The notes: generated by a model not told the origin, from the sequence alone. Shown: positions 13,049 through 26,838, counted from the whole stretch's first letter. The stretch is DNA of 64,000 bases, filler included, from Dirinaria sp. TL-2023a (GCA_051941275.1; 5 parts of 5 records of this genome joined end to end with filler, not necessarily neighbours in it), one strand, 5' to 3'. A program made the numbers and translations.

Positions 13049-13631
13049 CCCTCGGTCTTCGACAATTTGCGCCTCTGTTGCCAACAACGGGTAAGTGTAA
13101 CTATGGGATAATTTTCTTACTAGGAGATGCTCGGCTAATCACACAGGGTGCAGGTCCACCACCCAACCAGCAGCTGATTGTGTCACATCTGCAACCATTT
13201 GGTACCCGTCTGGATATCGAAATCATCGATGCACCGCAACCTGTCGCCGCAAACCGTTCCAGTGGCTCCAACGCTTATCTTAGTGGCTCAAGAACCAGTT
13301 ATATCCACTTTCTCATTAATCAGGTAATACATAACTTGCTCATCTAGAGCTATCGAAGCTAAACTTGGAACAGCGAACCGTCCCTCTGTGGGCCTCCTTC
13401 CCTTCCTGTGGCTTCCGAACGGATGGATGGTGCGAGTTGCAAACGTTCCTCAAAGTACAGAACTCGTCACTAGCTGATGCCCAGTACGATTACTCGTGTA
13501 ATGGGTAAGTGGTGTTTCCTTTCTCATTGCCCAAAAAGTGGAGGCTGATTGAATTACGCAGTAACTATGCTGCGGTCCCGTACGGATCGATCACGAATGG
13601 GGTGCCTCTGCCGACATCTACATCCTCGTGA
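13049..13631 (+). CDS. Histidine acid phosphatase/phytase-like protein, 3' part (5' end off the contig)
   Basis: Splicing four exons gives LGLRQFAPLLPTTGPPPNQQLIVSHLQPFGTRLDIEII...YIHFLINQRTVPLWASFPSCGFRTDGWCELQTFL...YDYSCNGNYAAVPYGSITNGVP, the typical C-terminus of fungal histidine acid phosphatases. Confidence 0.75.
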
Positions 13632-14307
13632 GGTATCGCATCTACGTCTCGTAATATTTACCAGACAGATTCTGCTTGAAAATCTGCCCAAAATATAGAG
13701 ACTCTTAATACATATCTCCAGCAGATCGCGCAAACTGTACAGAAAAGCAGATTTAATATGAGATTGTTTCAACATAAGTTACACATTTGATTAAAGAATA
13801 TTAAAATTAAAAATGAGAAAGAAATTGATCTCCTCGTGTCTTCCCTCTCAATCTTAAAAAGAAGAAGAAAAAGAAATGGAAAAACTCGTTTCCCATGCAA
13901 TCTCAGCAGTAGGTTCTACCTTTTCCTTGTAAAATCTGATTCGACAGCACAAATCAAAAGTTATAGCTGTAGATATCCGAGCACCATTCGATTCTGCCCA
14001 ATCTTTGTTTCCATTGCTCTTTTCCTTCCCAACATACCCATTTGTCCTATGTCAAGTCTATTTATAATAAGTCTACAATGCCTAGAGAAGACGCCCGCCC
14101 CTGCACCAATACTGAGATCTCATAGTCTCATGACAATTTTGATGTTTGAATTCCTTCATTTACACTGATTGTATTTCAATTCGCGTTAGGTGTTACTGTT
14201 AACAAAAGGTAAAGAATTCTATGCAAAAGTATATATTCCGTCTCTGCAATTCCAAAAGATATCACGCATCATGCTCCGAAGCCGTAAAAAATATTTGGTC
14301 GATGCGA

Positions 14308-15168
14308 CTAGACTCGCATCATGGGATACTGCTGCTGCTGTTGGCCCTTGACGCTCATATCATCCCGCATGCTATCCGCCGTCAAGCCTGTCGCGATATA
14401 CAGTACCGCCACGATCATCTCCTCCACAATAGACATACACAGCTGGGCGGTCGGATTTCCATCGATGAGCCTGAAAGTGCTGCTATCTACAAAATCCGCC
14501 AGGACACTGTAGAGGATGCGGACGAAGATGAAGGGCAGCGCGAGCAGCACGCCGAAGAGGATCCGCTTCTCGCCGCTCGGGATCGCGGACAGCGAGGTGA
14601 ATGTCAGGAAGGCCAGGACGGCCATGAGCGCGAAGACGACCAGGAAGATGATGATGCCAGCCTGCGTCAGTTTTTTGCCTTGGGATACTTTGTCGGAAGA
14701 AGAGGAGTCGAGGCGCGTGCCGCCTATTATGGAAAGAATCAGGGCGAGAATATTAGGGAGGTGAAGGATGCGCAGGGCGAGAACGCGGTATTTGGAGCCG
14801 ATGTGCTCGTTGCTGGAAATCAAATCAGTGGATGCCTTTTACTTCCCAATCCACATTGAGTTTGTTATGGAAATGTGAGAGAGAGCATACACTCTGGTGA
14901 GTAACCCTTTGCTCGCCAGCAACAGCGGCGATATCCCCACGCCTCCGAGGATCGAATACCAGACCAGGTCGTCCTGCGAGTTCGGGTGATGGTAGCTTAC
15001 GATGCCGAGCGCGGAGCTGGCGATCCGGATCCCGCAAAAGATCCCCAGGTAGATCCATCCCGAGGACTTGCCCATGCCATGTCGGAAGATGACCAGGGTG
15101 GAGAGGGGGAAGAGGATCACGTAGACGACGAGTTCGGCGATGCTGATCGAGTAACGTTCGTTTGGCAT
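14308..15168 (-). CDS. Multi-pass integral membrane protein (DUF7702-like)
   Basis: MPNERYSISIAELVVY..FRHGMGKSSGWIYLGIFCGIRI..GISPLLLA with about 7 hydrophobic segments; one intron ~14813-14890. Confidence 0.75.
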
Positions 15169-16362
15169 GGCGATGAGATGTATGAGATGAATGGGAAAAA
15201 GATTGGGAAGGGAGATGTAGGATAGGAGAAAGAGGCCGCAGTTAAGAAGCAAATGTAGGTACGCTTTCGTTGAAGAGCTTTGAAATCAAGGCTTTATAAT
15301 TGTTCTCTTATCGATGGATAGAGACTTGACGATGGGGGACACTGATACTTTTACGTGGTAGTATAGAAGATTGCCAGCAAAGCGACAATGATGATTCTGA
15401 AGGTGGAGGAGACCGTGGCACATCATAGATTATATGCATCTCACGTTTCATCAGCTACATCGATGGCACTTCGATTGCCCAATTAGCTGTCCTCCTCCCA
15501 TGCAACGCAATAATTTTCCAAGCAGTGCCGTCTCTCTCCTGACTTTACGTTCGTGATATTTTCCCTACAGAGTTAGCGTGCAGCGTCTAGGCTAGTAAGA
15601 AGCGAGGGCGATGGGGCCATGCTCCAATCATGGGCTCAGGGTTTTTCACACGGGTGCGGTCATTTCACGGGGGCAGAATATTAAGAATGAGGCTGTAAAC
15701 TAAAACTTCGCTATCTTGTGGCGCTGGCAGAGATTCTGCGTCCAGGGTTTCGTCGCGGAAATTACCCGAAAGGGATGCCGAGCTGATGTATCTCCGAATA
15801 TTAACCGGTGGCTCAGCCTTACCTACTAGTTACTGTACGTGCCTTAGTCATCCCGGCAGAAATCGCGCTCGTACCTGGAAGCTGACTTAGCTGAGGCTGT
15901 GTCAGTAGTGTGAGATATGACGATCTACCAAGACTACGAACAGCCCCAACCCCTCGCCTTTGAAGCTTCCTCAAGCGCCGCCAATCAGTATCTTGCAATC
16001 TTGTGGCTGAATCTTCACCGCTGGAACTCTTCCACCAATTGCATCCGTTTCGCAATGCTCCGATCGCGGTCGTTTGAGCCGGTCAGCCTTAGATTGAGGT
16101 ACTAAGCTGCTCTGTCGATGTCTTCGTGAGACGAGTGTAAGCAGATCAGTGGGCCATGCTGGCTCTTATTCTGGAAGTCACATCCTGAAAAGATTTTCTT
16201 CGTAGCGGTGGCAGAGAATGGATAAAAGACGGCCGAGTGCGGAAGTATTCACGATATCCATCTTCGAGTCGCCATTATTCAGTCGTCCCAAGCCATCACC
16301 AGCCACATCAGCTGCCACGGTATAACGTCTAACATAACATTACTTATCCTCTACCACACAAT

Positions 16363-18197
16363 ATGGGCCGCTTAGGAGGCCGGAGCAAAGGGTGTCAGAC
16401 CTGCCGCCAACGCAGGGTTAAGGTATGTCGCATCGCCAAGGCTACATACAGTACACCGCGCGTCGTGAAGTATACGATATCTGGCTAGTTTGGTGGTCTG
16501 ATAAACGGGTGTGACTGACGCCTTATATGCAGTGTGATGAAGTCCAGCCAGAATGCGGTCAATGCCTGCGCAGTGGCAGAAGGTGTCCCGGCGCTACTGC
16601 TGGCAACGTATTCATCAATGTGTCGCCAAAGACCGAAGCAGCTGCTTCGCAATCAGCGTCTCCAGCACCAAACAGACTCCAGATTCCAGCAAACGCTCGA
16701 GTGAAAGCGTCATCTGCGCCAGCGTCGAGCCAATCGAGAAGGTCATCACGATCTAAACTATCTTCGCGAGGTAGTAGCGATAGCGATGATGACTCGGCCA
16801 CCAGAAGTCGAGCCTGGAAGGGTAGTTTGCCAGCTCGAGCAGCCCACATCACCGACGTGGCTGCCTTGCAGGTCTCAATGGACGACATTCAAGACATGGA
16901 ACTCCCAAGCTGGTATCAACCTTCAAAGAAGGAGATTTTCCAGCAACACTTCACCGCGCACTTCATAGGCAATTTCTTCAACCCGGCATCCTTCCTCACC
17001 AAAATGAATCTATGGGCCTATCAACTTCCGGCAATCATAGCCTCCGCTGCATCGCCCGCCGTGCACTGTGCCATACGCGCTGCGACGATGGCATTCTATG
17101 GCACCAAAGTCTCGGATCTCTCACTCCAGACCGAAGCAAGTCGCTGGTACGTTCGGGGCTTGGGGCTCCAGCGAACCGAGCTGGAAAGGACTCAAAGTAA
17201 CAAGCAGCTCGATCCTACAGCGCTGCTGGCTCCGCTCATGTTTTCGATGTTTGAAACCATCATGGTCACGGAGAGGTTAGGTTGGGCACAGCACCTACGC
17301 GCAGCATCACGTTTCCTCGAGCTACTCGGTCCACATGGATGCAAGGATGGGATCGCAAACAGCCTCTTTCGCTCTATTCGCGCCGGTCTGGTATGTATCC
17401 TCCAGTCCTGCTTTGGACCGCGCTCAGACTAGGATCAGATCTTCATGACAACGGGCTGGAGGCAGCCGCCCCCGTTCGCATCCGACGAATGGTGCACAAT
17501 ACCCTACAGCATCCGCCCCAAGACACCGACCGACGCGTTGGACACCATACTTCTCCAGCTCCCCGCCTGCTACGCCCTCCGTATGCGATGGCGCCAACTT
17601 ACCAACGCTCAGGATCCCGAAGCCAGCGCTGTGCGGGCCCAAGTCGAGGCCAGAGCATTAATGCTGCTTACTAGACTGGACTGGTTCTGGGAGCACTACG
17701 GTTACTGGCTGCAGAATAGCGACTACCTGCACGACGGGTTTCCACCTGAACCTGCCGAGACGCCAGTGAGCCCGCGTAAGCCGGCCACTTTTGCGGTCCC
17801 CACGGATTTCCGGGATACGTTCGGCGCGCAGCTTGTGGCCAAATACAACACGGGGAATTTACTCCTGTACGGCGTGCTTCGCTCAATCCGAGCGCTTGGC
17901 GATGGCTACGAGGATGAGATTTTCCTGCATGGCCAGTCCGTTTTACAGGCAGTCCAGTATCACGAGATCTCAGGCCCTACACACACCGGTTGCGTCTCCA
18001 TGATATTTCCTATGAGATCGCTGGTCATGGAAGCGACCTTGGACACGCAACGGGTCCAAGCCCAGAAGGCGTTGCGGCATTGGGGAAGGAAGAGAGGTGT
18101 GGCCAAGCTTTGCAACATAGAAGCAGACGTTGCTACCAGCGACTACCTCCGTATGCCGTTCGGCCACGCAGAGGAGCCGTGGGTGCCTGGTACGTGA
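16363..18197 (+). CDS. Zn(II)2Cys6 transcription factor
   Basis: MGRLGGRSKGCQTCRQRRVK|CDEVQPECGQCLRSGRRCPG binuclear cluster split by intron 16423-16532. A second intron lies near 17391-17438, followed by a helical C-terminal regulatory domain. Confidence 0.9.
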
Positions 18198-19311
18198 GTA
18201 TCATATCTTGGCCTTGGAACCTGCTGCTCGCCAGTCGAAAAGGACTTTCCAGCTCCTGTCTTTTTACTTCGAAACTCGAAAGTTCATCCGTCAAAGGATA
18301 ATGTCCTTGCATCACCGCAGGCGGTTTTGCAAAATTGTATAACATTGTATAGATATCTACGCAATTTGATGACTGGGATTAGAATGATGCGAAAGAGCGC
18401 CACAGGGTGTTTTGTACTTTCATTGTTAAGCAAATACGAAGCTCTCAGCTGCATCACCCACGCTTTTCTGCTTGAGCGCAGATTCTGCGTGGGTTACGTT
18501 TATCCTTTCGTGCATGTCCAGATGACGAGATGGTAGAAGTTATGACCTGATAAAACATCTACCGAGAATTCTTTTATGCAGCGTAGTGGATCTCGTGACA
18601 GCCACGATGGTTGATTGGTGAGATATCACATCTAGGTAATGTCATAGACAGGGGGGGTTTGGGACTGTCTATGAAAGAAAGACGGCGGTAAGGCATAAGA
18701 GTTTTCTCTAAGTTGTATGCTCTGCCACTCGATTTATAGTGACCATGTGAAGAATACTGAACTAATACTGCGACTAATAAGGTAGGTTCCTCATTGATTC
18801 TAGTCCCATCAATTTAAGGTAAGAGGTTTTCACGCTTTCATAGGTTCATGATACTCATGAAACTCTTCGTGTTTTCTTTTATAAGATGAAACCTATAGCG
18901 GAAGATGGGAAGTATGGAAAGAAGATCGCGTTTCCGAGAGTTTGGCGACGCATTTTCGTAAATCTCTTCTCGTCACCAGCCCAGGCTGCGTATTTCGCAA
19001 AAATGGCCGAAACTTCGGTAGGCTCATGATTAATCCTATTTTGGCGTTACTTTCTTTGGCACTAACTACTGTATCAGAGATGTCAGAGACTAGATAAAAT
19101 GTTCGAATTCACATCAGCTCTGACAGTTAAAGACATCTTGAAAAACGCGCAAGACACAGCGTTTGGAGCGCATATTGGCAACCATGACAGCGGCAGCTAT
19201 GATACTGTCAGATCCAAGCGTTGCGGGCCGCTGGCGTTATCCGCTCTTCCCATTCCTACAAATGTTCACTTTTTTGAGGTCAGAATCATTCTTGTATTCT
19301 CATGCTCCCAA

Positions 19312-20340
19312 ATGCCAATGTTCCGTATTTCCATTTACAGCTTCCTCATTACTTTTCTCATAGAGCGAGTCTTCGCTGCCCGTCCAGTGGTTCTCCCTTC
19401 AGATGTTCTATTTAGCAATGCAACCTTGAGGTATTTGGCGTTCTTGGAAGGCTCTGTTTACTTTGTAGCGCTGACATATTCTAGTATACCGTTGAACGTC
19501 TCGCGCACCAATTTACCCGCCACATACATCAGCGTCGTAGGCCATCACGGCTCCTCCGTACCTGATGACACTATCACGTATCGATTCTCGGATGGGCTCA
19601 TGGCTTTTGACGACGTCGCCTTAGCTGTGGCTGAATCCTATTACGAAGCTACCCAACTGCTGAGCTATGAGTACGGGAACGAAAGTCAGCCTGTACGTGC
19701 ACAAAATGTTCGTATCAATGGAGACTTCTATGACTTCGACGTCTCGTCCGACCTCTATGCAGAAGTGGATTCTTTCAAGCTTTGGCATCTGCGGACCGTG
19801 GTGCGAGACCTGATCTTCATGTGGCTCGAATTCAACATGCGTGAATGCACCTTTACGTATCGCGTAGAAGGCGTTGTGCTGCTACAAGGTCATCTCAAAA
19901 ATGGACCCGGCCTTTCTCCACCTCGGGAAATAGCGCCTGATCCTCATATAGACGACTTTTCGGGAGACCTGGTAAAATTCTTCTCGTACGGCGAGCGCAT
20001 CTCGTATGAAGCCACGGTGTTGGCGGCGGTAGACATGTTCAATTTCGGTTGGAACGAGATGGTCGCCCACGAGCAATCTGACGAGGACTTAAGCCTTCGT
20101 GATCAGTACAGTTACGATAAAACCGGAGTTCGATTTGAGATGCAAGCGGCTGAACCTGGTGGGTTTCTGCTTCAGTATCTCATGCATGCTGCCGATGCTA
20201 TTGCTTCATTTGGGCGTACGTTTGATATGCGAGCGTTGAAGTTCGTTCTGGCGTCGGTCAATAAGCCGAAGATAGCGGGTTTTGTGGTGCGCTCTGGGCT
20301 CCAGGCGTTTCCCAATGCTAACTCGACTGCGATTCAATAA
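19312..20340 (+). CDS. Secreted hypothetical protein with two tandem similar domains
   Basis: Signal peptide MPMFRISIYSFLITFLIERVFAA, an in-frame intron 19431-19484, N-glycosylation sequons, and two halves with a similar layout. Confidence 0.65.
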   Translation: MPMFRISIYSFLITFLIERVFAARPVVLPSDVLFSNATLRYLAFLEGSVYFVALTYSSIPLNVSRTNLPATYISVVGHHGSSVPDDTITYRFSDGLMAFDDVALAVAESYYEATQLLSYEYGNESQPVRAQNVRINGDFYDFDVSSDLYAEVDSFKLWHLRTVVRDLIFMWLEFNMRECTFTYRVEGVVLLQGHLKNGPGLSPPREIAPDPHIDDFSGDLVKFFSYGERISYEATVLAAVDMFNFGWNEMVAHEQSDEDLSLRDQYSYDKTGVRFEMQAAEPGGFLLQYLMHAADAIASFGRTFDMRALKFVLASVNKPKIAGFVVRSGLQAFPNANSTAIQ

Positions 20341-21148
20341 TAGATTCTGTTTCAAAGCTATAGCCTAACGCGAGCATTCTAGAAACAGGATAATTGCATG
20401 CATCAAGTGTCAGTGCGTCGACTGTTTAGCACAGACACGGATTTCTGGATAACGAGGAGGTCCAGACTCACTGATCGACGCATGAACACACATCCACTAC
20501 GCCATATGACACGAGAACCACCAAATTCTACCTTTTTGGTCTAAATTGAAGCTTTCGACGTTATGGTTTTGCTGATACCATCTCTAACGCGCGTTGTCTC
20601 TGCCAATTGTCCAGGTTGCCATCCATCTCCCTCTAGAGTTTCTTTTGGCCCTTGTTCGCATTATTCCCGAAAATCCGAGCGACTATCCACCAAAGTCAAT
20701 TTCCTCCTTCGACTATCATTTCAATACCTCGCACAACGAGACCTCAGAATCCGCAGTGTCGGACTCGGCCTCTTATGCCAAGGCCGAGATACGGCGGCTG
20801 AACGGCCCGAAAACTTGCGTCCAGTAGGGAGTCTGCCAGAGAGGCTGAGTCAGCAGACTAGGTACCTTAGTAGCGACAGCGACAGCGACAAGGGGTGGCT
20901 TGGGTTATGCGACGGTCAGGGACTGGTAGGTTTCTTCTCTGCTAAATAAGGTAGATTTCCTCACACCTAGAACAGTCGCGCAAACTTTGTCCACGACTAC
21001 TGTATATCTCGACCATCTCGGCTTTTGACCGCATAATACAGTTTTTCCTGGATCACTACGGTTTTCGCACAAAAGTTTAGGTTCCGTGGCCCCGTCACAA
21101 TGACGCTACTCAGATGGGAGCTGCATATACAGGTTGACCTCTTATATA

Positions 21149-22213
21149 ATGATCGCTGGCGCCGTAGCAATCTTCACAGCTTTCCCATATCTAAACACAC
21201 ACCTTCGACGAGCGAACCGATCTGAAGGCTACCATACAATGGCTCCTCCCTCAATCCTTGTTTCTCGAGGCCCCTCGGAGCAGTCAAAATACACCTGGTC
21301 TCCATTTGTCACCAAGCTTGAAGTCAGACTTCGCTTCGGCGGGCTAGCCTACGAGACCGACGACGGCGCTCCTCCTAAAGGCCCGCGTGGGAAAATCCCT
21401 TACGCCAAGATCTCCAAAGAACATGGTTCTTCCGAGATGGTGTCCGATTCTACTCTGATCAGCCAAAAGTTGGTGGACGAATCGTGGGCGACGGACTTGA
21501 ATGGGAAGCTCACACCTGCGAGAGCAGCCCAAGACCTAGCCTTGCGGGCCTTATTGGAGGACAAGCTGTATTTCTACCTGGTGAGACACCCGCCTCCGTT
21601 CATTAGATTATCAGAGTTGCTTCTCTCCTGCTGCTAAGATCCTCTTAGTGAATAAGTACAACACAAATGTTAAGCACAGATGCTGATGCTCTGCTAGGAT
21701 TATGAACGCTGGATGTTGAATTATTATGTTATGCGTTCTCATATACTTGGAGCGCTTCCATACCCCTTGCAGATCGTCGTTGGCCACATGAATTATCGCA
21801 CAATGCGATCAACCTACTATGGCCAGGGTACCGGTCGTTTCACCTGGCAGGAGATATTCAAGTTTGAGACGCAAATCTGGGAGAGCGTAAATGCTCTTTT
21901 GATGGCCTCGAAGTCTCAGAGCTTGGATGGAATATTTTACGTACTGGGCACCGACCAGCCTACAGAAGCCGATACGACATTGTTCGGCTTTGTTATTTCT
22001 GCATTGGTTTGCGCTTCGTAAGTCGTCCACCTCTAACAAATCACCTAGCATTCTCGCGCCTTTGGTTCATTGCCTCAAATGTATATTGAAGGGCTGACGC
22101 TTATCTTTAGGGGCCCTGAAACGCAAAAGTTGGTGAGAAGCTTTCCGACGATCGTGGAATACGCCGAGGAGATCCACAAACGGTACTTTCCCGACTACGA
22201 GCATTGGTCCTAG
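21149..22213 (+). CDS. GST-fold FAX/metaxin-like protein
   Basis: Motifs WSPFVTKLEVRLRF, PKGPRGKIPY, SDSTLI, GQGTGR and PTEADTTLFGF. Introns ~21581-21697 and ~22018-22110. The start may be 21149 or 21239. Confidence 0.85.
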
Positions 22214-23698
22214 AATTCGAGGTAGTGCGATGGGCTACGAACGGTAAATGTTCCAACTGAGCCTCTGGTTTTCACGGGACGACCCGCTTATCGATTGTAC
22301 GTCCTAGCGACATGCTGTTGTTTGCGCGTTCATTATTATGGTCGTATCAACTCCACAAGATTCATAAGCATTTCGTGTAGAGTCAATGCTTGCTAGCATC
22401 GCATCGGCAAATTTTCAGTTCAATTTCTGAATCTAGAATCCAATCTAATATTCTTTGATCTGCGGAATCGAATTTACAAAGTGGAAATAACTCAGCTCTT
22501 ATTATTGACCTGACTAATACCGCTACTGGAAACAAGATAAGAGTTCAAATTAGACAGTGGTGACCCAGCAGCTCACTTACTGACAGAAATCGAAGTGAAC
22601 AGAATGTACAGAAGAAGTCACGGATACTATATGTCTATTATGAACCAATGTCAAGATGAAGCTGTTGAAATCGATCTTCAACAACGGGGATCCCGAAAGC
22701 AACGATATATGCTGCTGTAGAAGGAACGTGGTGAAAAGAAAGAGCTTGGGTATTGGGTATAGCGCACGATCTCAAAACAGCAGTTTTTTCTCTGAGAGAG
22801 CAGCGACGTCCTGCTAACATCGAAAACAGCCAACATATAGCTTTACTTGATTTCATCTAGAGCAAGTCGAAAGTGCCGGCCTCGAACTCGCGTCTTGAAT
22901 ATTTAACTCTCTTCTTACCGCCTGATCTCACTATGCTAAACTCCTGGGCTTCTGGCAGATTTAACCCTCCCCTTTTGAAAATTTTTATGATGGTTGAGCG
23001 GCCTTAAAGCAGAAGCAAAAGAACCAAATGAAGGATGAACGAATAAGGTTTGATGGCCGATCGATCCTAGGTCGAATGGATTTCGCTTTTCTATCGAATT
23101 TCTCCTTTGCCTTGCGCTCAGCGAACTTGTGCCGTACTATCAAAGGCATGCTCGTATCGCTTCCTGTTCTGATGAGTGTCAGGTAAGCAGATGGTCACCT
23201 ACATTAAAATTTAATTGTGAGATGATCATAATATAGGTCGAACGAATGTGCGCATGACCTATTCGGCCGTGATAGTCCCAAAATCCTGAATCCTATTTCG
23301 TTCGAGCTTGAACCGCACGAAACTAATTGACCAACCATAAGGCGCGACCGTGCGATGACGCCAGGTGGTATACAGCTAGCAGTTCGATTTATTCATTAAG
23401 CGCTCTCAATTGAGCTACTACTATTGTTCCTACAGGAGCTTGCCCAGGCTCTACATGCACGCCAGATGCAGCTCCCGTCCTATCATAGGCTCCCCCACAA
23501 TCTAGCCTTTTATGCACATTCCTTCGTTCCTAGGCAACCTTGGGCGAACTCGCAACCATAAAGTATGTTTTTTCAACATCATCCTCGTCTTCCCTTTCAG
23601 TTCCGTCACATAATAACACACGCCTTTTTTTTCTATCTGAGGACACATCCTAATTTCCTTTACTCCCTTTGATCATCGCCACCGGCTTCTCATCCACA

Positions 23699-25660
23699 AT
23701 GGCACCGGCTCCTGCTGCTGCAGGCGCCTATGACGTCGCGCTCAATCGTCGTAAAGCTCTTATGGGAGCCTCGGGGCCAATGGCTTTAGTCCAGAACTTG
23801 AGAGTATTCGGCATTGCCTGCTTCGCGTGTATCGGAGGTTTACTCTACGGCTATAACCAGGGAGTATTCTCCGGCATACTAACCATGGACAATTTCATGG
23901 CCCGTATGTGACGCTTGCTGCCGCGGTCGTGTTTTCAAAGTACTGAACGTTCTAGATATGGGCAATTACGACTCCAACGATCCGGCAGATCAGAGCAGGA
24001 AAGGATGGCTGACGTCCATTCTCGAATTGGGTGCGTGGATCGGCACGCTGCTCTCCAGCTTTTTCGCAGAACAGTACTCGCGCAAGTATACTATCATATT
24101 CGCAACTTCGGTCTTTATCCTTGGCGTCATTGTTCAAACATGCGCTGTACAAGCTGGCCATAGCGCGATCTTGGGAGGTCGCTTTGTCACTGGTATGGGA
24201 GTAGGTTCGCTCTCAATGGTGTGAGTCTCTTTCCAGCCCTTAGCAACTGGGACCCTGGCAAAAGACTCAGTACAGTCACGTTTCTCTTGCAACTTCTATT
24301 CCTGCAATCACCGACGACCGATTGATTCAGCTGAAAGGGTCGTGCTGAGTGCACTAGGGTCCCGATGTATAATGCCGAAGTAGCCCCTCCTGAGGTTCGA
24401 GGCGCACTTATTGCTCTTCAGCAATTCGCCATCGAATTTGGTATCATGATCTCTTTTTGGATCGATTACGGTACGAATTACATTGGCGGCACCGGCAAGA
24501 CTCAATCCGAAGCTGCGTGGATTGTGCCAATCTGCCTTCAATTGGCGCCCGCCCTTGTTCTCCTCATCGGCATGATGTTCATGCCCTTCAGCCCTCGCTG
24601 GCTCACTCATCATGACCGTGATAACGACGCTCGCAAAGTCTTGGCTAGACTGCGGGGATTATCGGACGATCATGAATTAGTTGAACTGGAGTTTCTGGAG
24701 ATTAAAGCGCAGTCTACTTTTGAGAAACGAACTGTGGCAGAGAAGTTCCCTGAGCTTCAGACGCCAAGCGCTTGGAATACGTTCAAATTACAATTCGTCG
24801 CGATCGGCTCGCTGTTCAAAACTATGCCCATGTTTCGGCGCGTGATAGTCACCACAGTGACAATGTATCAATTACCTCTACCGCTCTGTGTGCGAGCTGC
24901 TAATACTATTCGTAGGTTTTATCAGCAGTGGTCCGGAATTAATGCTATTCTCTACTTCGCTCCGACAATCTTTAGTGATTTAGGCCTATCTAGCAATACC
25001 GTCTCTCTACTTGCAACCGGCGTTGTAGGCATCGTGATGTTACTAGCCACTATTCCCACTCTCTTCTATATCGATAAATTGGGCCGAAAACCCATCCTGG
25101 TTATCGGCGCTCTCGGCATGGGAACTTGCCACATCATCATCGCCGTGATCGTCGCTAAGGACCAAAGCTCGTGGTCCACCCACACATCCGCCGGTTGGGC
25201 CGCCGTAGCAATGGTCTGGCTCTTTGTGTTCCACTTCGGATACTCGTGGGGCCCGTGCGCCTGGATCCTCGTGGCGGAGGTCTGGCCGATCTCGAATCGC
25301 CCGTACGGCATCGCCCTGGGTGCCTCGTCCAACTGGATGAACAACTTCATCGTCGGCCAAGTGACGCCCGATATGCTGAGCGGCATCACCTACGGCACCT
25401 ACCTCGTCTTCGGCATTCTGACCTTCATGGGCGCGGGCTTTATCTGGTTCTATGTGCCCGAAACGAAGCGGCTGACGTTGGAAGAAATGGACGTCGTTTT
25501 CGGGACGGATACCACGGCGCGGGCGGACCAGGAGCGGATGGAGGCTGTGAATAGGGATGTCGGATTACATGGAGCTTTGGGTGAGGCGGATGGTGGCTCT
25601 GAATATTCAGGAGGAGAGAAGAAGGCGTTGGCTGGCCACGTCTCTATCAGTGCGAATTGA
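23699..25660 (+). CDS. MFS sugar porter (monosaccharide:H+ symporter family)
   Basis: Motifs GGLLYGYNQG, GRFVTGMGVG, PMYNAEVAPPEVRG, PFSPRWL, QQWSGINAILYF, DKLGRK and VPETK; three introns. Confidence 0.95.
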
Positions 25661-25957
25661 TCACTTCCACGTTGGGAACTTTAAGACTTAGAAACTACTG
25701 ACCTCCACTAAGAAATTGCCAAGATAAGTTGACAAAAGCGGTTAGACTGTAGTTTAGTCAGCAGACAAAAGTTCCTCCTTGAATTTTCAAGCAATTGCAT
25801 ATCAATACACACACAAACTTGGGTTCAATTCACCTCCCCAAAACACCTCAATCTGACAGGAACCCATTCCAAATTTCATAAAATTGAATTCGTGTCATGC
25901 GTATTTTGTGTTTATGAGGGCCTCTATAATAATGTACTCCCTTTTGAATGGCTTTGT

Positions 25958-26057
25958 NNNNNNNNNNNNNNNNNNNNNNNNNNNNNNNNNNNNNNNNNNN
26001 NTTAATTAATTAANNNNNNNNNNNNNNNNNNNNNNNNNNNNNNNNNNNNNNNNNNNN
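25958..26057. other. Artificial contig-joining spacer
   Basis: 44 N + TTAATTAATTAA + 44 N. Confidence 0.97.
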
Positions 26058-26151
26058 ACAGTAGACCATACCGTTAAAGATGATGGCTTGGGAGTAAACG
26101 GGCAGAGGTGGGGGGAGCTTTGTCTGTTTTTATGGCGGTGCGGGTTGGCAT
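26058..26151 (-). CDS. RidA/YjgF/UK114 family protein, 5' fragment (truncated by contig end; apparent +1 frameshift)
   Basis: Removing one C from a C6 run gives MPTRTAIKTDKAPPPLPVYSQAIIFNGMVYC, the canonical RidA N-terminus. Confidence 0.7.
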
Positions 26152-26838
26152 TTTTTCTGAAGGGAATTTTTGAAAATTCAAACGTTTTGAGGGATGATTT
26201 CTGGTTTCTCTGCTGCTGTAAAAATATAGGTATATTGAATTGAGGGGAAATTTTGTCAACAGGGTTTGTGCTTTGATCCCTTGATGTGTTACTAGATGAT
26301 GTAGATATCTCGGATGTGATGTCAGGGTCGGGTCTTCAAATATCAGAGCTGCTTCATGGTCTTTAATCTGGTGGGATTTTTTCCCCTTTTATTCTTCTAC
26401 TTCATGTATCTTAGTTCGATTCAGAAAATGTATAGCATGAGAATTGGGAGCTGTCTTCTAGTTTGAGAAAAACGCCTCCAATGGCCTTAGATTTAGGTAG
26501 GTACTGTAAGCTGTCCAATTGTCTCGCAGGTATCAAAATAATGCCTCCCTCGCTCCCATCCCTCAAAGCTTCAGGGTTAGGGTTATATAGCTATCTTTTC
26601 TCCGATTTGTCTATTTGACAACGAGCATTGGATGAATTAGACCATGAGCCATATTGGGTGGGAAGCACTGATAGTGGAAACGAGGTAGGCCTTGAGCGGT
26701 GATAGCTCAAATGACCCAACAAGCAAGAAGAGAACCAAAACTCGCTTTTCTGTCGACAATGACCGACATTTGATTGTATATCCCCTGCTGCCATCAGAAG
26801 CATGACATCTCGCGTCGCGGCGCGGCAGCAAACCAAAA

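Noticed and set aside
14221..14859. 212-aa plus-strand ORF
   Set aside because: It is an antisense shadow of the membrane protein gene.
20870..20890. (AGCGAC)3 repeat
   Set aside because: An ordinary short microsatellite.
26572..26586. AGGGTTAGGGTTA telomere-like motif
   Set aside because: Only about two units, internal to a promoter.
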